The position numbers and the translations under genes were made by a program. Positions 47,918 to 59,939 of a stretch of DNA of 64,000 bases are shown here, one piece after another. The DNA lies in the NCBI GenBank assembly GCA_002269645.1, contig NIVC01002556.1:69204-133203 (forward strand). Reading direction: 5' to 3'. The DNA is from Macrostomum lignano. Lineage: Eukaryota. Each line of letters begins with the position of its first letter. The first letter of the stretch is position 1. The notes under the pieces are model-generated. The model ran no database searches. It was not told where the DNA came from and saw only the letters and a program-made list of their open reading frames with translations.

Positions 47918-48522
47918 TAGATCCAATTATTTGGATTTAGAATCTGAATCCAAAAAAAGTCTCTCTTTTTAAGAAATCCAAATGTTTTAGATTTGGAAAT
48001 TCTGTTTTTTTCTATTTCCTATTTTCTATTTCTATTTCTATTTGGAAATTCTATTTCCAAATTTCCAAATGTGCTTCCAAATATGAAAAAATCAATAAAA
48101 CAAAAAATTATGCAAAGATAAAAGAAATACAACTTTTGAAAAAAGAAAGTAAATTAAAAAATAAGAAAGCAAAATTTAATTTCATATTGTTCATTTTTAC
48201 AATTGTTTTTTTGCAATAACATATATTTTTAGTGTTATTAAGTAAAATTAATCAACTTTAGGACCTTTGAGGCATTCAATCTACGCTTGTAAAGTCACAG
48301 AAACATTTCTAGATAATCATTATTTAAGTGTAATAATTACTTTGTTTTTTTCAAAGTGCAAATATGGCGGATTTTATGTCTACTATACACAGTAAAGTTA
48401 TCAAATTGCATAAATGTAATATGAGTTAATATTAATAATTAGAATCAGTTAGATTAGATACTTGTATATAACAATTAAGTTCAATTCTAAGTTCAATTCA
48501 ATTTAGATACTAGATAGATATA

Positions 48523-50130
48523 ACAAGTATAACTTTATCCATCAACTTTTCTGTCAACTTTTCCGTTAACCTTTCTGTCAAGTATTCCATCAAATTTTCT
48601 GTCAACTTTTCCATTAACTATTCCATCAAGTACTCCATCAACTTTTCCATTAATTATTCCATCAACTTTTCCGTTAACTTTTCTGTTAAGTATTCTGTTA
48701 AATTTTTCCATTAACTCTTCTGTCAACATTTCCATTTACTACTCCATTAACTTTTCCACCAAATATCTCATCACTTTTCCATTAACTATTTTCATTAACT
48801 ATTGTGGTAATGCTATACAAAAATGGGATAAATAGAATACAACAAGGTATTCATTCTATGCTAGACTATTTGCTTTATTTAGTTTTAATAAGTAAATATC
48901 TATTGGACATAGGTCAGGCTACAATGACAGCTAAAGCATTCAGCATATAACATGGGTAGCAAGAGCTTGTGGCACCGGGGGCACATGCCCCCCCCCCAGA
49001 AAATAAGTCCATGCGGTAATTTTTAATGCTTTTTCTAATTTTAGGCCCTATTTAGCAGTTATAAAGGTACCTATGTGGGCTGTGCCTGTCGTCACCCCCT
49101 TGCCCTGTGCCTAGTGCCCCCCCCCTAAAATATTAGGCTCTGCCACCCCTGGCATTTAGCATCTATCTTCCTGTCTGGCTGTCCTTAAGCTAATAGTAGA
49201 CTCAAAGATCCCACCACACCTATTACAAATTACTACCAATAGGAAATGAATGAAATATATAGGTATAGGCTTATTATTATCTATTTAGACATTTAGAGCT
49301 ATGGCGATCTTGGTATGTGCGTGGCCATCTTAGGGCCTTTTCATATTGCTTGTTCTAGTTCCAGAACTAGAACCAATTTGTGAAGTATAACTTTTTGTCT
49401 CCATAACTAGAGGGAGATACGTGCTATAATTTTTTTATTATTGAAATGACAATCGCCAAGAAGAAAGTGAAAAATTGTGCTAAGTGAGGTTGTTAAGGCA
49501 GTCAAACATTCAACAGAATTAAATAGTTATATTGCTATTTTTCTTGGAAGATCTGAACCAATTCTGATTCTGGAATTGGTAATATGAAAAACCTATTAGT
49601 CATGCGCCACATGCAGTATGTAAAGTGACATGTCATACATAGGCCCTACAACTTATCCAATATTTAATTTAAGTGAAAAAGCAATATAGAAAAATGAAAA
49701 AAGACGCTTAGGATGCAAAAATGTTATTGAATATACTTTAACACTTATTTACTGAGACCATAGTATGCCAATGTCAAGTAAGTCCATTTTAATACATGCA
49801 TGTACACCTATGTATTTGTTTGTATAAAAGCCAAAAATGCCCAATAAATTTAAAATAATACAAATTTGAACTAAATTAACAATATTAATAATGTTACTTT
49901 AGTCACTTCCAAAGACTTAAATATGAAATACTACTATAGAATAAATAATAGTTTATGGAATAGTTAATGTAAAACTTGATGGAAAAGTTAAGGGAAAATT
50001 TAACGGAATAGTTGACGGAATAGTTGACAGAAAAGTTGATAGAATACTTGACAGAAAAGTTGACAGAATAGTTGATGGAATACTTGATGGAAAAGTTAAC
50101 GGAAAAGTTGATGGCCAAAGTTATACTCGT
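48523..50130. mobile_element. Non-autonomous TIR element with subterminal 12-bp tandem repeats
   Basis: Termini ACAAGTATAACTTT and AAAGTTATACTCGT; inverted arrays of (CCATC/CTGTC)AACTTTT-like units; 8-bp flank duplication TAGATATA at 48515-48522 and 50131-50138. Confidence 0.72.
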
Positions 50131-51099
50131 TAGATATAGTATAAGCCCAAGCTAGATTGAATTGTGTCAGTAAATTCATGTATAGCAGTAATAACAATTA
50201 CTAATTAGATGACAAGGCATTTTTTGTCACTAAAAAGGGTCATAGTTACTCCCCCTGTTTACCTTTTACTTTTTTTAAATTTGGAAACATTTGGATATTT
50301 GGATTTAGATTTTTTTGTACATTTGGATTCAGTTTTGGAAATTTGCACAAATCTACATTAGGTCCATCACTAATTGAATTTATAAAAGTTGGGACTCAGG
50401 ATTGGTCAAGATTGGGATCAAGGTCTACCATTGGCATCTAGGCTTATTTAGATATAGGATAGCTAAGGATGCATTTATTATAATATAAGCATATGTATTA
50501 GTCTTAATAGTCAAGTCACCCCAAGTGATATTACTACTACTATAGGCCCTATTTTATTACTATAACTTGTAGTTTAGTATAAGTTATTACTATTAGAGTA
50601 TAGAGCCCAGGTGCGAAAAATTGGGTGACAGATGGTTTTTATAATAAGGGCTAGGTCTATTAATTCATTTTTATTGGGAACCAAATTCAAATTTGCACAT
50701 TTTAAGTCTATAGGATTAGGCTCAAATTCCAAGCATGATATTTTGCACCTAATAGTCAAGTATAGGCCTTTTGTCTAGAATCCTAGACACTATGCCTTTT
50801 TTGAGGCAAAAGGTGGCATGATCCACCTATCTTTATCTCTTTGATTATCGACTGTTTTGCAAAATTCAGTTTGTTCTTGCACTTCATGGTAAGCCTAGAA
50901 TCAATTTGTGTGCATTTTAGACATGATGGGTCTAACAAAGTGTCAGAAGCATTATGTTATAACTTCATACCCTTTCCACGAAGTAAATAAATGATATGGC
51001 CTATATAGTGATCGCAATAAAGAGAAAGAGATATATCCATGCTTTGCATGCAGCATCCTGTTCATACTTCTATTGCTCAATTTTGATATTTATTTTTAG

Positions 51100-51921
51100 A
51101 AAGAGCAAATGGAAAGGAAGAAGTGGATGGAGAAAAAGAGGCGGATGCAGAGGAAGGGGCAGATGCAGAGGAAGGGTGGATGCAGAAGAAGGGTAGATGC
51201 AGAGGAAGGGTCAGATGCAGAGGAAGGGATGGATGCAGAAGAAAGGACAGATGCAGAGGAAGGGGCAGATGCAGAGGAAGGGGTAGATGCAGGAAAAGGG
51301 ACAGATGCAGAGGAAAGGGCAGATGCAGAGGAAGGGGTGGATGCAGAAGAAGGGGTAGATACAGAGGAAAGGATAGATGCAGAAGAAGGCACGGATAAAG
51401 AGGAAGGGATGGATGCAGAAGGGGTAGATGCAGAGGAAGTAATGGATGCAGAGGAAGGGATAGATGCAGAAGAAGGGACAGATGCAGAGGAAGGGATGGA
51501 TGCAGAGGAAGGGGCAGATGCAGAGGAAAGGATGGATGCAGAGGAAGGGGCAGATGCAGAGGAAGGGGTGGATGCAGAAGAAGGGATAGATACAGAGAAA
51601 GGGTTAGATGCAGAAGAAGGCACGGATAAAGAGGAAGGGATGGATGCAGAAGGGGTGGATGCAGAGGAAGGGATGGATGCAGAGGAAGGGGCAGATGCAG
51701 AGGAAGGGATGGATGCAGAGGAAGGGGTGGATGCAGAAGAAGGGGTAGATACAGAGGAAGGGTTAGATGCAGAAAAAGGCACGGATAAAGAGGAAGGGAT
51801 GGATGCAGAAGGGGTGGATGCAGAGGAAGGGATGGATGCAGAGGAAGGGGCAGATGAAGAGGAAAGGATGGATGCAGAGGAAGGGACGGATGCAGAGGAA
51901 GGGGCGGATGCAAAGGAGTAG
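51100..51921 (+). repeat. 18-bp (DAEEGx)n array; possible acidic terminal coding exon
   Basis: About 45 units; stop-free from about 51195 to TAG at 51919-51921; upstream TTTTTAG acceptor at 51099 and AATAAA at 51997. Two 1-G deletions near 51170-51195 break the frame. Confidence 0.75.
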
Positions 51922-53169
51922 ATAGGGAGAAAGGAGAAATAGAGAATTATTAGAGATATAGCTATTTAGCATTATTACAGCTATCTAGCTTTATAAAATA
52001 AAACTAGCTTTTTGATAATTTGACACTAAACACTATAATAATGAAATTTAGCTAATCAATTAATATACTTAGTAGTATCCATTTATTAGACTTATATTCT
52101 AATAGAAATATGTATGCATATATATAAAAATTGATATAGGTGCAGTCAATAAATGCCTAAATTCACATAAAAAAAACAATTTAAAACTTTAGTACCTACT
52201 ATCCAATCACAATGTGGACATGAAATTAAAAATATCTATTGCTTAAGTCCTAAATTCCAAGGACTTAAAAGTTCTTCTAACTTTGAAAAAATAATATTCA
52301 TTGATTTTTACTAATCTATTGCCAATAACTCAATGGTCCCAATGGTCTTTTAAGTCTCAAGTGAGTGGTATTACTAGATATGAAAACTAGATATAAGAAA
52401 TATGTTTTTGTTTCTATCAATATATATATATATATGCTTTGCTAAAAAACCTCAATATCTGTAACTTCTTGCAGCCATATTCCATATCTGTAGCTAAGCA
52501 GAACACTTTGTCAAGACCACTTGCTACTTTGTTGCTTTAATAGAACTCTAAAGCTCTTAAAGCAACCTGCATGATAAAGGGCTAATTACAAAGTATTTAA
52601 GTATGCATTTTGTTTGCCTATCTTTTTATATAATTGCTTTTTCCTATATATATCTACTGTAAGTATTATCTATACCATACTGGTGCTAACTAAGTATTTT
52701 GACATTTTGTAATAGCTATATATACATGATAAGAAAAGGTATAAAAAGAGATATAAAAGAGAGATTAGAATATTATCCTAACTATAAAATAAAGCTATAT
52801 AAAATATTGCTTACATACAACATTAATGTAATTACTGATAAAAATAAGTCAATTATTAATTTGAACATAGAGTCATAGAATATCAATATGTTATTTATAT
52901 TATAACATTCTAGTATTCTTAATAACTAGTATTTAATAATTATTAGTATTCTCAGTTTTCAGGTATGTTTTGCTTTGTATCTTATTTTAAATGCACAATC
53001 TGATTTCATGCTGTCTTCGTTGCTCCTTTCTGGCTTCGGAAGTGTAGACCAAAAAAATAATCCTTGCAAGTAAAAATTGCTGTTTTTTTCTTCAACTCTG
53101 TTCGCCATTTTTCATTATTGAGGACACTGACTTCTGCCTGATCTCCAGGGCGGAACCGCTGTTAATGCA

Positions 53170-56100
53170 ATGACTGAGCTTGCTGTAAATGAGAAGGATG
53201 TGGCAAACGAAGCCTTAGAGATAAACGCATCAAATTCTGGACTTCAGTCAGGGGATATTCAGGCCGAGACAGCTGAGTTCAAAGCAGTTTCAACAGAAAA
53301 AACTACTGCTGCAGACACACAGCCACCGGACACTGAGCATAAGGCTACTGAGAATGATTCGGAGGCTGAGAAAGTTGACGATCATGCCACCGAGAGCACC
53401 GCGGCCACTGAGACTAAAACCTTAGAAGCCGAGCCAGTGAAGACTCCAACCAAAGAGGATGAGGTGGTGGAAGCCCAGGCCCCAGCGGAGGGAACGGAGA
53501 CCCCGGGCATTGAAGAGGTAGCGATAGAAACTCAGGCCACAGAAGCTGAAGCCATGCAAACTCAGGCCACAGAAGCTGAAGCCATGCAAACTCAGGCCAC
53601 AGAAGCTGAAGCCATGCAAACTCAGGCCACAGAAGCTGAAGCCATGCAAACTCAGGCCACAGAAGCTGAAGCCATGCAAACTCAGGCCACAGAAGCTGAA
53701 GCCATGCAAACTCAGGCCACAGAAGCTGAAGCTATGCAAGCTAAGGCTTCAGAAGCTGAGTCGGAAATGGCACTAGCAGACGCTAACTCAGCGATGCCAG
53801 ATGCTGGCGATGCTGACGTTTTGGCAGAGCACACCGCCACTGTGGCCGATACTGAGCCAGAGGCTGCGACTGAGTCAGCTGACATCAGCACTTCATCGGC
53901 CGCCAATGGGCCGTTGGAAGACACTGGCTCAGTTTTGGACACGGATAAAGTTCTTGCTGCGGGTGTTAGTGAAGTATCTGGGGAGCAGGAAGTGACAGAG
54001 ACGGTTATGGATGCGGAGGACGCTGCTGATCCGGCCACTTCGATCGATGCAATTGAAATGGAGGATGCACTGACTGAGCATGATGCCGACGCCGATGCTG
54101 CAAACGAAACAGACGATGCGATTATGGCCGAGGCTGAAGCTGCGCTTGTTGAGGCTGAAGCAGAATCTGCAGCAGCTGCGGCCGATGACGCCATGGCAAA
54201 CCAAGCAAAGGCGGCAGAAGCCGCCGATGCTCAGATGGACACCGAGGCGGGTCCTGCAAACAAGATCGAAACTGGCGAAGAAGCCCGCAGCCCGACTGGC
54301 AATGGCGGAGCCGCTACCTCCGGAGCCCATAAGACGCCGGTAAGAACGCCTTCGATGGCAGCGGCAGTGGCCGCGGCGGCAAAGGCGGCCGCAGCAGCAG
54401 CGGCTGCCGGAGGCGGCCCCGCATCGACACAGAGACCAACGAAGCCACGGAAGCCGATTGGGACCGGGCGGCGGTCACGCCAGGCAAGGCGGGACCCGCA
54501 GGAGCCGGTGAACCCGCGCTCCGCCTACACTATCTTCGTCAAGGAGAAGATGGAGGAACTAGGGGTGCACATCAAGGATTCGCCGGATCTCAAGCTCAAG
54601 GGCAAGGAGCAGATTAAAGTGGTGGCTCAGCAGTGGCGGGACCTCTCCGCGGAAGAGAAGGAGCGCTATCAGCAAATGTTTACAAAAGCATTCGCGGCTT
54701 ATGAGCAAGACTTGGCCGCTTACAAGCAGACCGATTCGTACCGCCTATTCCAGGTAAGTTTTCGGGCCCAAAGTTTAGTATGTGTAATCGGCTAGCAGTG
54801 TCTTTATAAACGGCAACATTGGAGTCATCAGGTTAAAAATTAAACTGTCTAACTTGCAGAAGGCAAAGCAAATACTTGCTACTTGCCTGTAAAAATTATA
54901 TATACTCTGTTATTTTTGTTGGACTATTACTAATCAACACAGTTAGCTAGCTCACAGGAAGTCTCTATTCCTGTTTCATTATTCCCACATTCCCTACTTG
55001 CAGGAGAAGCTGAAGGCGATGGACGCAGAGAAAGCAAAAAACAATCCGTCAACTTCATCCGCGCCCAACCCGGCCAACGCTGCCGCCGCTGCTGCCGCCG
55101 CTGCAGCCGCCGCTAAGAAGAAAGCGGTCAGTGGTGTCGGAGGCGGCGGCGTGACCGCCAAAATTGCGGCTGTAGGCGGCGGAGTAAATAAAATCGTCAC
55201 TTCGGCTGCGGCTTCTGCGGCCGCTGCTGTCACGCCAGTCACAGCCGGCAACGCTGCCAACATTGTTCGCGTGAAGGAGGAGGTAGCGCAGCAGCAGCAG
55301 CAGTTGACTCCGGCAATGGTGCCCCAGCAGCTGCTGCAGGGTATGGTGCAGCTTCCGCAGGGTCTGTCAGCAGCCCCAGTGCCTGTGTCCGGTGCCGCCA
55401 GCCAGCCGCTGCTGACGGCCACTCCCATCCGCCTGGAGTCATTGAATCAGTTTCTGCCCATGTCGCAGCTGCAGCACCTGCTGCCGCCTGGTACCGTCAC
55501 TTTGCTGGCCGTCACCCAGCAGCAGCCGCAGCAGCTGCAGCAGCTCCAGCAGCTTCAGCAGCCCCAGCAACTAGCCGCTCAGCTGCCGCCACCGCCACCG
55601 CAGATGCAGGCGCAGCCGCAGATCCAGCAACAGCAGCAGGTGATTGTGTCCTCGCAGGCACTTTTGCCTAGCTTCCCTGAGCTCAGCCAGCCGGCCCTCC
55701 TGGCCTACGGAGGCGCCCAGCCGCAGCAGCTTCAGCAGCTTCAGCCGCAGCAGCAGCAGCAGACGTCAGTCTCCTACGCATTTAGCGGCGCCAGCGTCCC
55801 CCTGCTGGACTCGTTCGTTTCGTCCAGCTCTGCAAGCGGCGGCGGCAGCATGCTAGAGATCGACAGCAAGCTGGGCCTGGTCGTATCCTGCGGCCAGCAG
55901 ACTCTGCAGCAGCAGGACATGAAGCCGCTGGTTAGCGTGGCGAATCTCCAAATTGTGAACGCGGTGGCCGCGGCCACAGCCAACAAACCCATGCAGTACA
56001 TGACGGAGATTGTTGGCATGATCCAGCGCATTGCCCAGGCCATGGACCGCAAGGCTTCTGGCCAGCCAACGCAGGGCCTTGAAGAGGCGGTCATGCAGCT

Positions 56101-56284
56101 GCGCAACAAAATGTACGAGGCCCAGAATTTCTACCAGACCACGACGCGCGACTTTGTCAGCGAGCTACAGGCGCAGATTGACAAGATTCTGCCATCCCTA
56201 AATGACGTGAGGTCGGAGGTTCTCTACAAGCTGCAGGATGTCATCCGGTCCATGATTTTCTCACCGCAGCAGCAGCAGATCTGA
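53170..56284 (+). CDS. HMG-box protein, HMG20A/B-like box, with long acidic N-terminus, A/Q-rich linker and C-terminal coiled coil; join(53170..54753,55004..56284), 954 aa
   Basis: RDPQEPVNPRSAYTIFVKE...VVAQQWRDLSAEEKERYQQ...YKQTDSYRLFQ; CAG|GTAAGT donor and TTGCAG|GAG acceptor in phase 0. Confidence 0.85.
53530..53739 (+). repeat. 30-bp in-frame coding tandem repeat (TQATEAEAMQ x7)
   Basis: ACTCAGGCCACAGAAGCTGAAGCCATGCAA repeats with period 30. Confidence 0.97.
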
Positions 56285-57514
56285 GACTCATCGTGCTGCT
56301 GGCTGCCTTGACCCGAATGCGTCATCTGTCCTCATTAGCGCAAACTGTTTGTCCACATTTGCTTGTCGACTGTCTCTGCTCACCGCATATCGCATAACCC
56401 CTTAACTGGCTTTTTATAAATTGCTTATTCGCTGTTAAAAGCAGATTTTTTACCAATGCTGATAAGTTAATGGCAGCAACGCCAGTCCCATCGGGCCACA
56501 GAGACGCTCGCTGCGCACTGTTATCCCCGTGTAAATTGGCCGTCCTTTTGAATCCCCGTGTGTCGTACCTGAGCTCTGTTATATTCGCCCATCCGTCACT
56601 GGCTGGTCCCCGCGCTTTTCCCGGGAGCTGAGCGGCACCATATCAGCCATTTGTGCCCGATTGCTTGGCAGCTCGCTCGCCCCATCGCGCATCTGAGTGA
56701 CGCCTGTGTTTGGCGTGGCTGTAATTTCTTGCTTAATGTTTTCTCTTTTGTACAAAGCAAATGGCATATGAAGTGTTTCTTCTGTTAAATCTTCGCCCCC
56801 ATTTATTAAAATGTTGGTCATCGCAGCATCAGGTTAGCTTTTTGAGATTGTTTAATTCTATTCTCTTTTTTATGTTTTTTTCTCTCAGCCCATTGAATTT
56901 TTTAATTGCCGCCATTTTGTCGGCCCAGCGCGCACACGAGTTTCCCATCAAACTGACCCATTTACTATAGCATGTACGCCATCTTTAATGTAAATTTTAG
57001 CCTTTTATACAAAGCTGTGTACGAGATGCTTGTAAATAGCGATTTCCCCTGTCTAACTATGAACTTACATGTAGCAATACATTATGTAGCTGCAGCAATA
57101 CTATATTTATGGCTGAAATGCGCGAGTGTGTATTAATATCAACATTTTCCTCTCTGAAAATTTCTGTTTCAACTCTAAACTGTTGCGCAACTTTATAACT
57201 TTGCTGAATCTTTGTTTTAGCGAGTCTGTCCTCATTTATCTTGACTCATCTCTCTGTATCTTTTTTCTCTTGCTCTGTTTATCTCATTGTCTAACAGGCT
57301 ATTCATTGTCTTGAAGCAAAGTAAATTAAAAATATATAATACGCGTGTGTTTATGTAACTTAGAACTGGCTATTGTGGCTATCTGTCTTTGGCTTCTAAT
57401 TCACACTCAACAGAAACCTAAGATAGTATAGTAGATCATTCTACTATATTAGTAGTATGTGTAGCAATGACCGGAGACTGTAAGTTTACTTAGATACTTC
57501 CATTACTTGCTACT

Positions 57515-57800
57515 ATAATTTGGCTAGTTGTCAGTCCTGGCTACTCATAATTTGGCTAGTTGTCAGTCCTGGCTACTCATAATTTGGCTAGTTGTCAGTC
57601 CTGGCTACTCATAATTTGGCTAGTTGTCAGTCCCGGCTACTCATAATTTGGCTAGTTGTCAGTCCCGGCTACTCATATTTTGGCTAGTTGTCAGTCCCGG
57701 CTACTCATAATTTGGCTAGTTGTCAGTCCCGGCTACTCATAATTTGGCTAGTTGTCAGTCCCGGCTACTCATAATTTGGCTAGTTGTCAGTCCCGGCTAC
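57515..57800. repeat. 32-bp minisatellite (about 9 units) just upstream of PSMA2
   Basis: CATAATTTGGCTAGTTGTCAGTCC(T/C)GGCTACT; CTACTC recurs at 57541, 57573 and 57605. Confidence 0.96.
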
Positions 57801-57861
57801 CCAAAGCACAAACTGAGCGCTCTCTTGACCCCGCTGCGGCTTTCTCCCTTTCGCAACAGCA

Positions 57862-59050
57862 ATGTCCGAACGCTACGGATTCTCACTGACTACATTTAGC
57901 CCCAGTGGCAAGCTGGTGCAGATCGAGTACGCACTGAAGGCTGTGGAGGCCGGCGCTCCCAGTGTGGGAATCAAGGCTACCAACGGTGTTGTACTGGCTG
58001 TGGAGAAGAAGTTCTCTTCCGCTCTGATTGATGCCGCCTCTTTGCACAGGTGAGCATCAATTCTTTGCTCCCTTATCTGCTCTCTGCAGTAAAATCTATG
58101 TCCTCGCCACCCGACTGCCCACCCTGCAGAATCGAGGCCGTCACCAGCCACTGCGGCTTGGTGTACAGCGGCCTTGGCCCCGACTTCCGCGTAGTGCTGC
58201 AAGATGCCCGCCGGTCCGCTGTGGCCTACCAGCTGGCCTACGGGGAGGCGATCCCGCCAGAACAGCTGGTGCAGCGAGTGGCCGCCCTCATGCAGGAGTT
58301 CACGCAGAGCGGTGGCGTCCGGCCCTTTGGCATCTCCGTGCTGCTGGCTGGCTGGGACCGCGACACCAACCGGCCAATGCTGTTTCAGTCCGACCCGTCC
58401 GGCACCTACTTTGCCTGGAAGTCCACGGCGCTGGGCAAGAACCACGTCAATGGGAAGACCTTCCTGGAGAAGAGGTGCGCTTGTTCGCTGGTCATAACAT
58501 ATTTTAGCTTTCAGCTAAAGTCCGCAATGTAATCCTCTTTGGAGAAATGATTGCCTACTGAAGAGTAGCAAAAAATGCGAGCGAATCTCTTATAGTGCGG
58601 AAGGGTTGCTCAACATTCTGAGCAATCGTTGAGTAGCTCAGAGGTCCCGAATTCTGCTGGCATTTGTTCTGAGCAATCGTTGAGTAGCTCAGAGGTCCCG
58701 AATTCTGCTGGCATTTATTCTGAGCAATCGTTGAGTAGCTCAGAGGTCCCGAATTCTGCTGGCATTTATTCTGAGCAATCGTTGAGTAGCTCAGAGGTCC
58801 CGAATTTTTCTTGAATAGATTTTGAGATAAAAAATTAATGAAAAAGACCATTGTTTCTCCCTTCGCTCCGCCCAGGTACAACGAGGAGCTGGAACTGGAG
58901 GACGCGGTGCACACGGCCATCCTGACGCTGAAGGAGAGCTTCGAGGGCCAGATGACTGAGGACAATATCGAAGTCGGCATATGCAAGCAAGATGGCTTCA
59001 AGAAGCTGAGTCCCTCTGAGATCAAAGATTACCTGGCCGGGATCCAGTGA
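57862..59050 (+). CDS. PSMA2: Proteasome subunit alpha type-2; join(57862..58049,58130..58474,58876..59050)
   Basis: [64 protein letters not shown]; phase-consistent GT-AG introns. Confidence 0.97.
58616..58805. repeat. 51-bp minisatellite (about 3.7 units) in PSMA2 intron 2
   Basis: AGCAATCG recurs at 58621, 58672, 58723 and 58774. Confidence 0.95.
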
Positions 59051-59939
59051 GCGCAGTGCTGCAATGTGACTCCAGAACAGCGCTTGTTGCTATCTCTTTA
59101 TCTCTTTCTGTTCAGCACTTGCTCCGTGTTCATGCCTGCTCTGTGCAGTCCCTAGCTATCCAGCGGCGCCCTGACCTGCTCAGAGCCTGTTATCTCCCTC
59201 CGCTTGGCAGCGGCTCCCAAACTATTTTAAAGTACATTTTCTGGCCAAGCAGATCGCCGCTAGCGGCATTTCTCTACTGTGCCCGACCTCCACCCTCCCA
59301 GTTTTGCTGCAAACCCCTTCGCCTCGGTTTTCGAATAAATTCTCATTCCCCATGGCCCTGCAGTCACCGCGCGCTTTACCAGTTAATTAATTTTATAGCC
59401 CTAAATTGCTCCAGGAATAGCCACTGTTAGGCAAATAAATACGAAACCGGTAGGAATTTTTTTGCGTAACATTTTTGCTCAACTTTCATGTTTACGCAAT
59501 AACAGCACCTTTGTGGTTGCTCTTTTGTTGCGCAAAAGACGGTTTGGTTAGACCATGCGCATTATGAGCATACATCTCGAGGATTGATTGCCCCCTCGAT
59601 CTTACCCCCTCCCACATTGACCTTCCCTCACACTGCCCCCCACACTACTTCCCAATTTTGCCTCCCCCACATTTTCCCCACAATGCCCTCCCCCACATCC
59701 CTCCACACTGCCTCCCAACATTGCCCCCCACACAGCCTCCCAACATTCCCCACCCCAACATTGTCGTTGCACCCTAAAAGGTTGCTTCACCCAGCAGCAA
59801 GAAGTGATCCCAACGCTTCATAAGAACATCAAAAATCAGCCAGTCTTTTGGTGTTGCTTGGAGATAATTTTTCTTTGACTATTTCATTGACTGGTGTAAA
59901 TTTCTGCTTCAGCTGGTTGCTTCACACTGTCCTGTCAGC

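Noticed and set aside
53422-56109. Antisense ORFs over the HMG-box gene (similar ones over ADH, CYP, PSMA2, DD3-3 and the RT)
   Set aside because: Shadow ORFs expected from GC-rich coding sequence.
57515-57800. 32-bp and 29-bp (60469-60985) repeats as CRISPR arrays
   Set aside because: Units are head-to-tail with no unique spacers, there are no cas genes, and the context is eukaryotic.
59584-59823. C-rich low-complexity ORFs and possible G-quadruplex on the minus strand
   Set aside because: Simple-sequence composition explains the ORFs; no evidence of function.
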